Source of the DNA: the human T2T-CHM13v2.0 reference genome, Homo sapiens | Assembly (NCBI RefSeq): GCF_009914755.1 | Contig: NC_060948.1 | Strand: one strand, 5' to 3' | Length of the DNA: 64,000 bases | Shown: piece after piece, positions 14,208 to 28,384 of the stretch | How positions within the stretch are numbered: position 1 is the first letter of the stretch | Layout: every line of letters begins with the position of its first letter | Translations under genes and position numbers: made by a program | Notes under the pieces: model-generated | The model's input: the letters and a program-made list of their open reading frames with translations, nothing else | Databases searched by the model: none | Told to the model about the DNA's origin: nothing

Positions 14208-17200
14208 TGGACAGGCCTTTAATAAAGTGGAATGCTACGGTCTCGAATGGAATAAAAATGTATGGAATGGAATTCAATGAAACGGAATCGAATGTCATAG
14301 AATGTAATGGAATGCAAAAAAATGGAATCCAAAATCATTGACTGGAAAGGCTGGGTGTCGAAAGGAATTGACTCCAATGGAATGAAATCGAATGGAATGG
14401 AAGTGAATAGAATCGAAGTAAATCGAATGGAATGGAATTGTTAGGAACGGAATGGAAAGGAGTGCAATGATTTGGCATGGAACGGAATCGAATGGCATTG
14501 AATGGAGTGGAATGGAATGCAATGGAATGGAATGTATTAGAATGTAATGAACATTAATGGAATGTACTCGAATGGATTCGACTGGAATGGAATGTTCTGG
14601 AAGTGAATGGACTCCAATGGAATGGATTCGAAAGGAATGGAATCTAATGGAATGGAATTAAATGGAAACGAATCAAATTGAATAGCACGGAATTGAATTG
14701 AATGGAATCAAATGCAATGGAATCTAATGAAATGGAAATGAAAGGAATGGAATGGATTGGAATGGGCTGGAGTTGAATGGAATCGATACGAATGGAATGG
14801 AATAGAACTGAAGAGACTGGAATGGAATTCACTGGAATGGAAGGGAGTGTAATGGAAGGATCTCGAAAAAAATGGAATCGAATGGAATGGAATTGAATGG
14901 AACGGAATAGAGTCGAATGGAATTCAATGGAATTGAATGGACTAGAGTGAAATGGAATCGAACCACAAGGAATGGAGAGGAATAGAATGGTCTCGAATTG
15001 AATGGAATCGTATGGAATGACATCAAACGGAATGGAATGGACAGCCACGGAATGGAATGCACTCGAATGCAATGGAGTCGAAACTAATGGACTGGAATAG
15101 AATGGACTCGACTGGTACGGACTCCAATGGAATGGAATCGAAAGGAAGGGAATCGAACGGAATGGACTCGAAGGGAAAAGACTGCAATGGAAAGGTCTCG
15201 AATGGAATGGAAATTAATGGAATGGAATGGAATCGAATGAAATGGAGTCAAAAGGAATGGAATCGAATGGCAAGAAATCGAATGTAATGGAATCGCAAGG
15301 AATTGATGTGAACGGAACGGAATGGAATGGAATCCAAAGGAATGGAATAGAATGGAATGGAATCGAATGGAAAGGACTCGAATGGAAATCACTCGAATAG
15401 AATGCAATTTAATAAAATAGGATCAAATGTAATGGAATGGAATGGAAAGGAATCGAAACGAAAGGAATGGAGACAGATGGAATGGAATGGAACAGAGAGC
15501 AATGGTATAGAATGGAATGGAATCATCTGGAATGGAATTGAATGGAATGGAATAACATGAAATGGAATGGAATGGAATGGAATGCCCTTGAATTAAATGG
15601 ACTGGAATGGAATGGACTCGAACAGAGTGTAATGGAAAGTGTTGAAATAGAATGGAATGGACTCCTTTGGAATGGTCTAGTATGCAATGCAATCGACTGG
15701 CAGGGAATCAAAAGGAATGTAATCGAATGGATTGGACTGGAATGCAATGGACTCGAATAGATTGGAAACGGAATGCAAAGGAATGGAATGGAATAGTATG
15801 GAATGGAATGGAAAGGAATGGAGTGGAATAGACTAGAGTGGAATGGAATGGACTGGAAAGCAATGGACTGGAATGGAACTTTCTTGAATGGACTGGAATC
15901 AAACGGAATGGAATGCAATGCAATCAAATGGCATGGAATAAAATGGAATGAAAGGGAATCAAATGGAATTGAATCGAATGGAATCGAATGGATTGGAAAG
16001 GAATAGAATGGAATGGAATGGAATTGACTCAAATGGAATGGACTAGAATGGAATGGATTCGAATGGAAGGCAAAGGAATGGAATCTATTGGAATGGACTG
16101 TAATGGAATGGAATGGAAGGGATTGGAATGGACTCGAATGGAATGGACTGCAATAGAAAGGATTCGAATGGAATGAAAAAGAATTGAATGGAATAGAACA
16201 GAATGGAATCAAATCGAATGAAATGGAATGGAATAGAAAGGAATGGAATGAAATGGAATGGAAAGGATTCGAATGGAATGCAATCGAATGGAATGGAATC
16301 GAACGGAATGGAATAAAATGGAAGAAAACTGGCAAGAAATGGAATCGAAATGAATGGAGTGTTATGGAACGGACTCAAAAGGAATTGAATGTAATAGAAT
16401 GGAGTGGAGTGGACTCGAATATAATGGACTGGAATGGAATGAAATCACATGGAATGGGAACGAATGGAATGGAATGGAAAGGAATGGAATCGAATGGAAA
16501 GGAATCGAATGGAAGGGAATGAAATTGAATCAACAGGAATGGAAGGGAATAGAATAGACGGTAATGGAATGGACTCGAATAGAATGGACACGAATGCTCA
16601 AATTGAATGGACTCGAATGGAATGGAAACGAAAGGAATGTCATCGAATGGAATTGAATCGATTGGAATGAAATCGCATAGAATGGAGTGAAATCAAATGG
16701 AATTGAATCGAAAGGAAAGGAAGCGAATGGACTGAAATGAAATGGAATGGAATTGAATGGAAAGTAATGCAATGGAATAGAATGGAACGAAATTTCACGG
16801 AATGGAATGAAACTGAATGGAATCAAATCAATGGAATCTAATCAAGTGGAATGGAAAGGAATTGAATGGAGTAGATTGGATTGGATGGGATTGGAATGAA
16901 ATGTACTGGAAAGGACTCGAGTTTCATGAAACGGAATGGAATGAATTGGAACGGAATGGACTCGAATGGAATGGAATGTCATGGAATGGCATCAAATGGA
17001 ATGGCATCAAATGGAATGGAATCGAATGCAATGGAATGCTATGGAATGGAATGGAATGCATTGGAATGGAATGTCCTCTAATGGAATGGATTCGAGTGGA
17101 ATGGAATCGAATATAATGGAGTCGAATGAAATGGAATTGAAAGGAATGGGATCGAATACAATGGAATATACTGGAATGTAATGTAATGAACTCGAATGTA

Positions 17201-17746
17201 ATTGACTGGAATGGAATGTACATGAATGGAATGTAATCGAATGGAAAGTAATCCAATGGAATAGAATCTAATGCAATAAAATCGACTCAGATAGAGTAGA
17301 ATGTAATGGAATTGAGTGCAGTGCAATGGAATGGAATGGAATGGAATGCAATGGAATGGAATGGAATGGAAAGGAATGGAATGGAATGGGATGGAATGGT
17401 ATGGAATGGATAGTAATGGACTGGAGTGAAATGGACTGGAAATGAATGGACTCAAATTGAAAGGGCTCGAAAGGAATGGAGTCAAAAGGAATGGTCTGGA
17501 ATGGAATGAACACGAATGTAATGCAATCCAATAGAATGGAATCGAATGGCATGGAATATAAAGAAATGGAATCGAAGAGAATGGAAACAAATGGAATGGA
17601 ATTGAATGGAATGGAATTGAATGGAATGGGAACGAATGGAGTGAAATTGTATGCAGTAGAAGAGAATAGAATGGAATGCAAGCGAAAGGAAAGGAATGGA
17701 TTGGAATGGAATGGAATTCATTGGAATGGAAGGGAATGTAGTGTAA
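14208..17746 (+). repeat. DYZ1 unit 5 (3539 bp), diverged 5' part, B-like 3' part
   Basis: Landmark tggacaggcctttaataaag at 14208. Confidence 0.9.
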
Positions 17747-20700
17747 TGGACAGGCCTGGAATAAAGTGGAATGCTACGGTCTCAAATGGAATAAAAATGT
17801 ATGGAATGGAATGCAATGAAACGGAATCGAATGTCATAGAATGTAATGGAATGCAAAAAAATGGAATCCAAAATCATTGACTGGAAAGGCTGGGTGTCGA
17901 AAGGAATTGACTCCAATGGAATGGAATCGAATGGAATGGAAGTGAATAGAATGGAACTAAATCGAATGGAATGGAATTGATAGGAACGGAATGGAAAGGA
18001 ATGCAATGATTTGGCATGGAATGGAATCGAATGGCATCGAATGGAATGGAATGGAATGCAATGGAATGGAATGTATTAGAATGTAATGAACTTTAATGGA
18101 ATGTACTCGAATGGATTCGACTGGAATGGAATGTTCTGGAAGTGAATGGACTCCAATGGAATGGATTCAAAAGGAATGGAGTCGTACGGAATGGAATCTA
18201 ATGGAATGGAATTAAATGGAAATGAATCAAATTGAATAGAACGGAATTGAATTGAATGGAATCGAATGCAATGGAATCTAATGAAACGGAAAGGAAAGGA
18301 ATGGAATGGAATGGAATGGGCTGGAATGGAAAGGAATTGAAACGAATGGAATGGAATCGAACTGAAGAGACTTGAATGGAATGCACTGGAATGGAAGGGA
18401 GTGTAATGGAAGGTTCTCGAAAAAAATGGAATCGAATGGAATGGAATTGAGTGGAACGGAATAGAGTCGAATGGAATTGAATGGAATGGAATGGACTAGA
18501 GTGAAATGGAATCGAACCACAAGGAATGGACAGGAATAGAATGGTCTCGAATTGAATGGAATCGTATGGAATGGCATCAAACGGAATGGAATGGACAGCC
18601 ACGGAATGGAATGCACTCGAATGCAATGGAGTCGAAACTAATGGACTGGAATAGAATGGACTCGACTGGTACGGACTCCAATGGAATGGAATCGAATGGA
18701 AGGGAATCGAACGGAATGGACTCGAAGGGAAAAGACTGCAATGGAAAGGTCTCGAATGGAATGGAAATTAATGGAATGGAACGGAATCGAATGAAATGGA
18801 GTCAAAGGAATGGAATCGAATGGCAAGAAATCGAATGCAATGGAATCGCAAGGAATTGATGTGAACGGAACGGAATGGAATGGAATCCAAAGGAATGGAA
18901 TAGAATGGAATGGAATCGAATGGAAAGGACTCGAATGGAAATCACTCGAACAGAATGCAATTTAATAAAATAGGATCAAATGTAATGGAATGGAATGGAA
19001 AGGAATCGAAACGAAAGGAATGGACACAGATGGAATGGAATGGAACAGAGAGGAATGGTATAGAATGGAATGGAATCATCTGGAATGGAATTGAATGGAA
19101 TGGAATAATATGAAATGGAATGGAATGGAATGGAATGCCCTTGAATTAAATGGACTGGAATGGAATGGACTCAAACAGAGTGGAATGGAAAGTGTGGATA
19201 TAGAATGGAATGAACTCCTTTGGAATGGTCTAGTAGACAATGCAATCGACTGGCAGGGAATCAAAAGGAATGTAATCGAATGGATTGGACTGGAATGCAA
19301 TGGACTCGAATAGATTGGAAACGGAATGCAAAGGAATGGAATGGAATAGTATGGAATGTTTTGGAAAGGAATGGAGTGGAATAGACTAGAGTGGAATGGA
19401 ATGGACTGGAAAGCAATGGACTGGAATGGAACATTCTTGAATGGACTGGAATCAAACGGAATGGAATGCAATGCAATCAAATGGCATGGAATAAAATAGA
19501 ATGAAAGAGAATCAAATGGAATTGAATCGAATGGAATCGAATGGATTGGAATGGAATAGAATGGAATGGAATGGAATTGACTCAAATGGAATGGACTAGA
19601 ATGGAATGGATTCGAATGGAAGGCAAAGGAATGGAATCTATTGGAATGGACTGTAATGGAATGGAATGGAAGGGATTGGAATGGACTCGAATGGAATGGA
19701 CTGCAATAGAAAGGATTCGAATGGAATGAAAAAGAATTGAATGGAATAGAACAGAATGGAATCAAATCGAATGAAATGGAATGGAATAGAAAGGAATGGA
19801 ATGAAATGGAATGGAAAGGATTCGAATGGAATGCAATCGAATGGAATGGAATCGAACGGAATGGAATAAAATGGAAGAAAACTGGCAAGAAATGGAATCG
19901 AAATGAATGGAGTGTGGAACGGACTCAAAAGGAATTGAATGTAATAGAATGGAGTGGAGTGGACTCGAATATAATGGACTGGAATGGAATGAAATCACAT
20001 GGAATGGGAACGAATGGAATGGAATGGAAAGGAATGGAATCGAATGGAAAGGAATCGAATGGAAGGGAATGCAATTGAATCAACAGGAATGGAAGGGAAT
20101 AGAATAGACGGTAATGGAATGGACTCGAATAGAATGGACACGAATGCTCAAATTGAATGGACTCGAATGGAATGGAAACGAAAGGAATGTCATCGAATGG
20201 AATTGAATCGATTGGAATGAAATCGCATAGAATGGAGTGGAATCAAATGGAATTGAATCGAAAGGAAAGGAAGCCAATGGACTGAAATGAAATGGAATGG
20301 AATGGAATGGAAAGTAATGCAATGGAATAGAATGGAACGAAATTTCACGGAATGGAATGAAACTGAATGGAATCAAATCAATGGAATCTAATCAAGTGGA
20401 ATGGAAAGGAATTGAATGGAGTAGATTGGATTGGATGGGATTGGAATGAAATGTACTGGAAAGGACTCGAATTTCATGAAACGGAATGGAATGAATTGGA
20501 ACGGAATGGACTCGAATGGAATGGAATGTCATGGAATGGCATCAAATGGAATGGCATCAAATGGAATGGAATCGAATGCAATGGAATGCTATGGAATGGA
20601 ATGGAATGCATTGGAATGGAATGTCCTCTAATGGAATGGATTCGAGTGGAATGGAATCGAATATAATGGAGTCGATTGAAATGGAATTGAAAGGAATGGG

Positions 20701-21281
20701 ATCGAATACAATGGAATATACTGGAATGTAATGTAATGAACTTGAATGTAATTGACTGGAATGGAATGTACATGAATGGAATGTAATCGAATGGAAAGTA
20801 ATCCAATGGAATAGAATCTAATGCAATAAAATCGACTCAGATAGAGTAGAATGTAATGGAATGGAGTGCAGTGCAATGGAATGGAATGGAATGGAATGCA
20901 ATGGAATGGAATGGAATGGAATGGAATGGAATGGTGTGGAATGGATAGTAATGGACTGGAGTGAAATGGACTGGAAATGAATGGACTCAAATTGAAAGGG
21001 CTCGAAAGGAATGGAGTCAAATGGAATGGTCTGGAATGGAATGAACACGAATGTAATGCAATCCAATAGAATGGAATCGAATGCCATGGAATATAAAGAA
21101 ATGGAATCGAAGAGAATGGAAACAAATGGAATGGAATTGAATGGAATGGAATTGAATGGAATGGGAACGAATGGAGTGAAATTGTATGCAGTAGAAGAGA
21201 ATAGAATGGAATGCAAGCGAAAGGAAAGGAATGGATTGGAATGGAATGGAATTCATTGGAATGGAAGGGAATGTAGTGTAA
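17747..21281 (+). repeat. DYZ1 unit 6 (3535 bp), subfamily B
   Basis: Landmark at 17747; first unit with the CGTACG insertion; 1-bp deletion near 18805 and 3-bp deletion near 19915. Confidence 0.9.
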
Positions 21282-24200
21282 TGGACAGGCCTGGAATAAA
21301 GTGGAATGCTACGGTCTCGAATGGAATAAAAATGTATGGAATGGAATGCAATGAAACGGAATCGAATGTCATAGAATGTAATGGAATGCAAAAAAATGGA
21401 ATCCAAAATCATTGACTGGAAAGGCTGGATGTCGAAAGGAATTGACTCCAATGGAATGGAATCGAATGGAATGGAAGTGAATAGAATCGAACTAAATCGA
21501 ATGGAATGGAATTGATAGGAACGGAATGGAAAGGAATGCAATGATTTGGCATGGAATGGAAACGAATGGTATCTAATGGAATGGAATGTAATGTAATGGA
21601 ATGGAATGTATTAGAATGTAATGAACTTTAATGGAATGTACTCGAATGGATTCGACTGGAATGGAATGTTCTGGAAGTGAATGGACTCCAATGGAATGGA
21701 TTCAAACGGAATGGAATCGTACGGAATGGAATCTAATGGAATGGAATTAAATGGAAATGAATCAAATTGAATAGCACGGAATTGAATTGAATGGAATGGA
21801 ATGCAATGGAATCTAATGAAACGGAAAGGAAAGGAATGGAATGGAATGGAATGGGCTGGAATGGAAAGGAATCGAAACGAATGGAATGGAATCGAACTGA
21901 AGAGACTGGAATGGAATGCACTGGAATGGAAGGGAGTGTAATGGAAGGTTCTCGAAAAAAATGGAATGGAATGGAATGGAATTGAATGGAACGGAATAGA
22001 GTCGAATGGAATTGAATGGAATGGAATGGACTAGAGTGAAATGGAATCGAACCACAAGGAATGGAGAGGAATAGAATGGTCTCGAATTGAATGGAATCGT
22101 ATGGAATGGCATCAAACGGAATGGAATGGACAGCCACGGAATGGAATGCACTCGAATGCAATGGAGTCGAAACTAATGGACTGGAATAGAATGGACTCGA
22201 CTGGTACGGACTCCAATGGAATGGAATCGAATGGAAGGGAATCGAACGGAATGGACTCGAAGGGAAAAGACTGCAATGGAAAGGTCTCGAATGGAATGGA
22301 AATTAATGGAATGGAATGGAATCGAATGAAATGGAGTCAAAAGGAATGGAATCGAATGGCAAGAAATCGAATGTAATGGAATCGCAAGGAATTGATGTGA
22401 ACGGAACGGAATGGAATGGAATCCAAAGGAATGGAATAGAATGGAATGGAATCGAATGGAAAGGACTCGAATGGAAATCACTCGAATAGAATGCAATTTA
22501 ATAAAATAGGATCAAATGTAATGGAATGGAATGGAAAGGAATCGAAACGAAAGGAATGGAGACAGATGGAATGGAATGGAACAGAGAGCAATGGTATAGA
22601 ATGGAATGGAATCATCTGGAATGGAATTGAATGGAATGGAATAATATGAAATGGAATGGAATGGAATGGAATGGAATGCCCTTGAATTAAATGGACTGGA
22701 ATGGAATGGACTCGAACAGAGTGGAATGGAAAGTGTTGAGATAGAATGGAATGGACTCCTTCGGAATGGTGTAGTATGCAATGCAATCGACTGGCAGGGA
22801 ATCAAAAGGAATGTAATCGAATGGATTGGACTGGAATGCAATGGACTCGAATAGATTGGAAACAGAATGCAAAGGAATGGAATGGAATAGTATGGAATGG
22901 AATGGAAAGGAATGGAGTGGAATAGACTAGAGTGGAATGGAATGGACTGGAAAGCAATGGACTGGAATGGAACTTTCTTGAATGGACTGGAATCAAACGG
23001 AATGGAATGCAATGCAATCAAATGGCATAGAATAAGATAGAATGAAAGAGAATCAAATGGAATTGAATGGAATGGAATCGAATGGATTGGAAAGGAATAG
23101 AATGGAATGGAATGGAATTGACTCAAATGGAATGGACTAGAATGGAATGGATTCGAATGGAAGGCAAAGGAATGGAATCTATTGGAATGGACTGTAATGG
23201 AATGCAATGGAAGGGATTGGAATGGACTCGAATGGAATGGACTGCAATAGAAAGGATTCGAATGGAATGAAAAAGAATTGAATGGAATAGAACAGAATGG
23301 AATCAAATCGAATGAAATGGAATGGAATAGAAAGGAATGGAATGAAATGGAATGGAAAGGATTCGAATGGAATGCAAACGAATGGAATGGAATCGAACGG
23401 AATGGAATAAAATGGAAGAAAACTGGCAAGAAATGGAATCGAAATGAATGGAGTGTTATGGAAGGGACTCAAAAGGAATTGAATGTAATAGAATGGAGTG
23501 GAGTGGACTCGAATATAATGGACTTGAATGGAATGAAATCACATGGAATGGGAACGAATGGAATGGAATGGAAAGGAATGGAATCGAATGGAAAGGAATC
23601 GAATGGAAGGGAATGAAATTTAACCAACAGGAATGGAACGGAATAGAATAGACCGTAATGGAATGGACTCGAATAGAATGGACACTAATGCTCAAATTGA
23701 ATGGACTCGAATGGAATGGAAACGAAAGGAATGTCATCGAATGGAATTGAATCGATTGGAATGAAATCGCATAGAATGGAGTGGAATCAAATGGAATTGA
23801 ATCGAAAGGAAAGGAAGCGAATGGACTGAAATGAAATGGAATGGAATTGAATGGAAAGTAATGCAATGGAATAGAATGGAACGAAATTTCACGGAATGGA
23901 ATCAAACTGAATGGAATCAAATCAATGGAATCAAATCAAATGGAATGGAAAGGAATTGAATGGAGTAGATTGGATTGGATGGGATTGGAATGAAATGTAC
24001 TGGAAAGGACTCGAATTTCATGAAACGGAATGGAATGAATTGGAACGGAATGGACTCGAATGGAATGGAATGTCATGGAATGGCATCAAATGGAATGGCA
24101 TCAAATGGAATGGAATCGAATGCAATGGAATGCTATGGAATGGAATGGAATGCATTGGAATGGAATGTCCTCTAATGGAATGGATTCGAGTGGAATGGAA

Positions 24201-24830
24201 TCGAATATAATGGAGTCGAATGAAATGGAATTGAAAAGAATGGGATCGAATACAATGGAATATACTGGAATGTAATGTAATGAACTCGAATGTAATTGAC
24301 TGGAATGGAATGTATATGAATGGAATGTAATCGAATGGAAAGTAATCCAATGGAATAGAATCTAATGCAATAAAATCGACTCAGATAGAGTAGAATGTAA
24401 TGGAATGGAGTGCAGTGCAATGGAATGGAATGGAATGGAATGCAATGGAATGGAATGGAATGGAATGGAATGGGATGGAATGGTATGGAATGGATAGTAA
24501 TGGACTGGAGTGAAATGGACTGGAAAGGAATGGACTCAAATTGAAAGGGCTCGAAAGGAATGGAGACAAATGGAATGGTCTGGAATGGAATGAACACGAA
24601 TGTAATGCATTCCAATAGAATAGAGTCGAATGGCATGGAATATAAAGAAATGGAATCGAAGAGAATAGAAACAAATGGAATGGAATTGAATGGAATGGAA
24701 TTGAATGGAATGGGAACGAATGGAGTGAAATTGTATGCAGTAGAAGAGAATAGAATGGAATGCAAGCGAAAGGAAAGTAATGGATTGGAATGGAATGGAA
24801 TTCATTGGAATGGAAGGGAATGTAGTGTAA
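21282..24830 (+). repeat. DYZ1 unit 7 (3549 bp)
   Basis: Landmark at 21282. Confidence 0.9.
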
Positions 24831-27800
24831 TGGACAGGCCTGGAATAAAGTGGAAAGCTACGGTCTCGAGTGGAATAAAAATGTATGGATTGGAATGCAA
24901 TGAAACGGAATCGAATGTCATAGAATGTAATGGAATGCAAAAAAATGGAATCCGAAATCATTGACTGGAAAGGCTGGGTGTCGAAAGGAATTGACTCCAA
25001 TGGAATGGAATCGAATGGAATGGAAGTGAATAGAATCGAACTAAATCGAATGGAATGGAATTGATAGGAACGGAATGGAAAGGAATGCAATGATTTGGCA
25101 TGGAATGGAATCGAATGGCATCGAATGGAATGGAATGGAATGCAATGGAATGGAATGTATTAGAATGTAATGAACTTTAATGGAATGTACTCGAAAGGAT
25201 TTGACTGGAATGGAATGTTCTGGAAGTGAATGGACTCCAATGGAATGGATTCGAAAGGAATGGAATCGTACGGAATGGAATCTAATGGAATGGAATTAAA
25301 TGGAAATGAATCAAATTGAATAGCACGGAATTGAATTGAATGGAATGGAATGCAATGGAATCTAATGAAACGGAAAGGAAAGGAATGCAATGGAATGGAA
25401 TGGGCTGGAATGGAAAGGAATCGAAACGAATGGAATGGAATCGAACTGAAGAGACTGGAATGGAATGCACTGGAATGGAAGGGAGTGTAATGGAAGGTTC
25501 TCGAAAAAAATGGAATCGAATGGAATGGAATTGAGTGGAACGGAATAGAGTCGAATGGAATTGAATGGAATGGAATGGACTAGAGTGAAATGGAATCGAA
25601 CCACAAGGAATGGACAGGAATAGAATGGTCTCGAATTGAATGGAATCGTATGGAATGGCATCAAACGGAATGGAATGGACAGCCACGGAATGGAATGCAC
25701 TCGAATGCAATGGAGTCGAAACTAATGGACTGGAATAGAATGGACTCGACTGGTACGGACTCCAATGGAATGGAATCGAATGGAAGGGAATCGAACGGAA
25801 TGGACTCGAAGGGAAAAGACTGCAATGGAACGGTCTCGAATGGAATGGAAATTAATGGAATGGAATGGAATCGAATGAAATGGAGTCAAAAGGAATGGAA
25901 TCGAATGGCAAGAAATCGAATGTAATGGAATCGCAAGGAATTGATATGAACGGAACGGAATGGAATGGAATCCAAAGGAATGGAATAGAATGGAATGGAA
26001 TCGAATGGAAAGGACTCGAATGGAAATCACTCGAATAGAATGCAATTTAATAAAATAGGATCAAATGTAATGGAATGGAATGGAAAGGAATCGAAACGAA
26101 AGGAATGGAGACAGATGGAATGGAATGGAACAGATAGCAATGGTATAGAATGGAATGGAATCATCTGGAATGGAATTGAATGGAATGGAATAATATGAAA
26201 TGGAATGGAATGGAATGGAATGGAATGCCCTTGAATTAAATGGACTGGACTCGAACAGAGTGGAATGGAAAGTGTTGAGATAGAATGGAATGGACTCCTT
26301 TGGAATGGTCTAGTATGCAATGCAATGGACTGGCAGGGAATCAAAAGGAATGTAATGGAATGGATTGGACTGGAATGCAATGGACTCGAATAGATTGGAA
26401 ACGGAATGCAAAGGCATGGAATGGAATAGTATGGAATGGAATGGAAAGGAATGGAGTGGAATAGACTAGAGTGGAATGGAATGGACTGGAAAGCAATGGA
26501 CTGGAATGAAACTTTCTTGAATGGACTGGAATCAAACGGAATGGAATGCAATGCAATCAAATGGCATGGAATAAGATAGAATGAAAGAGAATCAAATGGA
26601 ATTGAATCGAATGGAATCGAATGGATTGGAAAGGAATAGAATGGAATGGAATGGAATTGACTCAAATGGAATGGACTAGAATGGAATGGATTCGAATGGA
26701 AGGCAAAGGAATGGAATCTATTGGAATGGACTGTAATGGAATGGAATGGAAGGGATTGGAATGGACTCGAATGGAATGGACTGTAATAGAAAGGATTCGA
26801 ATGGAATGAAAAAGAATTGAATGGAATAGAACAGAATGGAATCAAATCGAATGAAATGGAATGGAATAGAAAGGAATGGAATGAAATGGAATGGAAAGGA
26901 TTCGAATGGAATGCAATCGAATGGAATGGAATCGAACGGAATGGAATAAAATGGAAGAAAACTGGCAAGAAATGGAATCGAAATGAATGGAGTGTTATGG
27001 AACGGACTCAAAAGGAATTGAATGTAATAGAATGGAGTGGAGTGGACTCGAATATAATGGACTGGAATGGAATGAAATCACATGGAATGGGAACGAATGG
27101 AATGGAATGGAAAGGAATGGAATCGAATGGAAATGAATCGAACGGAAGGGAATGAAATTGAATCAACAGGAATGGAAGGGAATAGAATAGACTGTAATGG
27201 AATGGACACGAATAGAATGGACACGAATGCTCAAATTGAATGGACTCGAATGGAATGGAAAGGAAAGGAAAGTCATCGAATGGAATTGAATCGATTGGAA
27301 TGAAATCGCATAGAATGGAGTGGAATCAAATGGAATTGAATCGAAAGGAAAGGAAGCGAATGGACTGAAATGAAATGGAATGGAATTGAATGGAAAGTAA
27401 TGCAATGGAATAGAATGGAACGAAATTTCACGGAATGGAATCAAACTGAATGGAATCAAATCAATGGAATCTAATCAAATTGAATGGAAAGGAATTGAAT
27501 TTAGTATATTGGATTGGATGGGATTGGAATGAAATGTACTGGAAAGGACTCGAATTTCATGAAACGGAATGGAATGAATTGGAACGGAATGGACTCGAAT
27601 GGAATGGAATGACATGGAATGGCATCAAATGGAATGGCATCAAATGGAATGGAATCGAATACAATGGAATGCTATGGAATGAAATGGAATGCATTGGAAT
27701 GGAATGTCCTCTAATGGAATGGATTCGAGTGGAATGGAATCGAATATAATGGAGTCGAATGAAATGGAGTTGAAAGGAATGGGATCGAATAGAATGGAAT

Positions 27801-28384
27801 ATACTGGAATGTAATGTAATGAACTCGAATGTAATTGACTGGAATGGAATATACATGAATGGAATGTAATCGAATATAAAGTAATCCAATGGAATAGAAT
27901 CTAATGCAATAAAATCGACTCAGATAGAGTAGAATGTAATGGAATGGAGTGCAGTGCAATGGAATGGAATGGAATGGAATGCAATGGAATGGAATGGAAT
28001 GGAATGGAATGGAATGGGATGGAATGGGGTGGAATGGTATGGAATGGATAGTAATGGACTGGAGTGAAATGGACTGGAAAGGAATGGACTCAAATTGAAA
28101 GGGCTCGAAAGGAATGGAGACAAATGAAATGGTCTGGAATGGAATGAACACGAATATAATGCAATCCAATAGAATGGAGTCGAATGGCATGGAATATAAA
28201 GAAATGGAATCGAAGAGAATGGAAACAAATGGAATGGAATTGAATGGAATGGAATTGAATGGAATGGGAAGGAATGGAGTGAAATTGTATGCAGTAGAAG
28301 AGAATAGAATGGAATGCAAGCGAAAGGAAAGGAATGGATTGGAATGGAATGGAATTCATTGGAATGGAAGGGAATGTAGTGTAA
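24831..28384 (+). repeat. DYZ1 unit 8 (3554 bp)
   Basis: Landmark at 24831. Confidence 0.9.
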
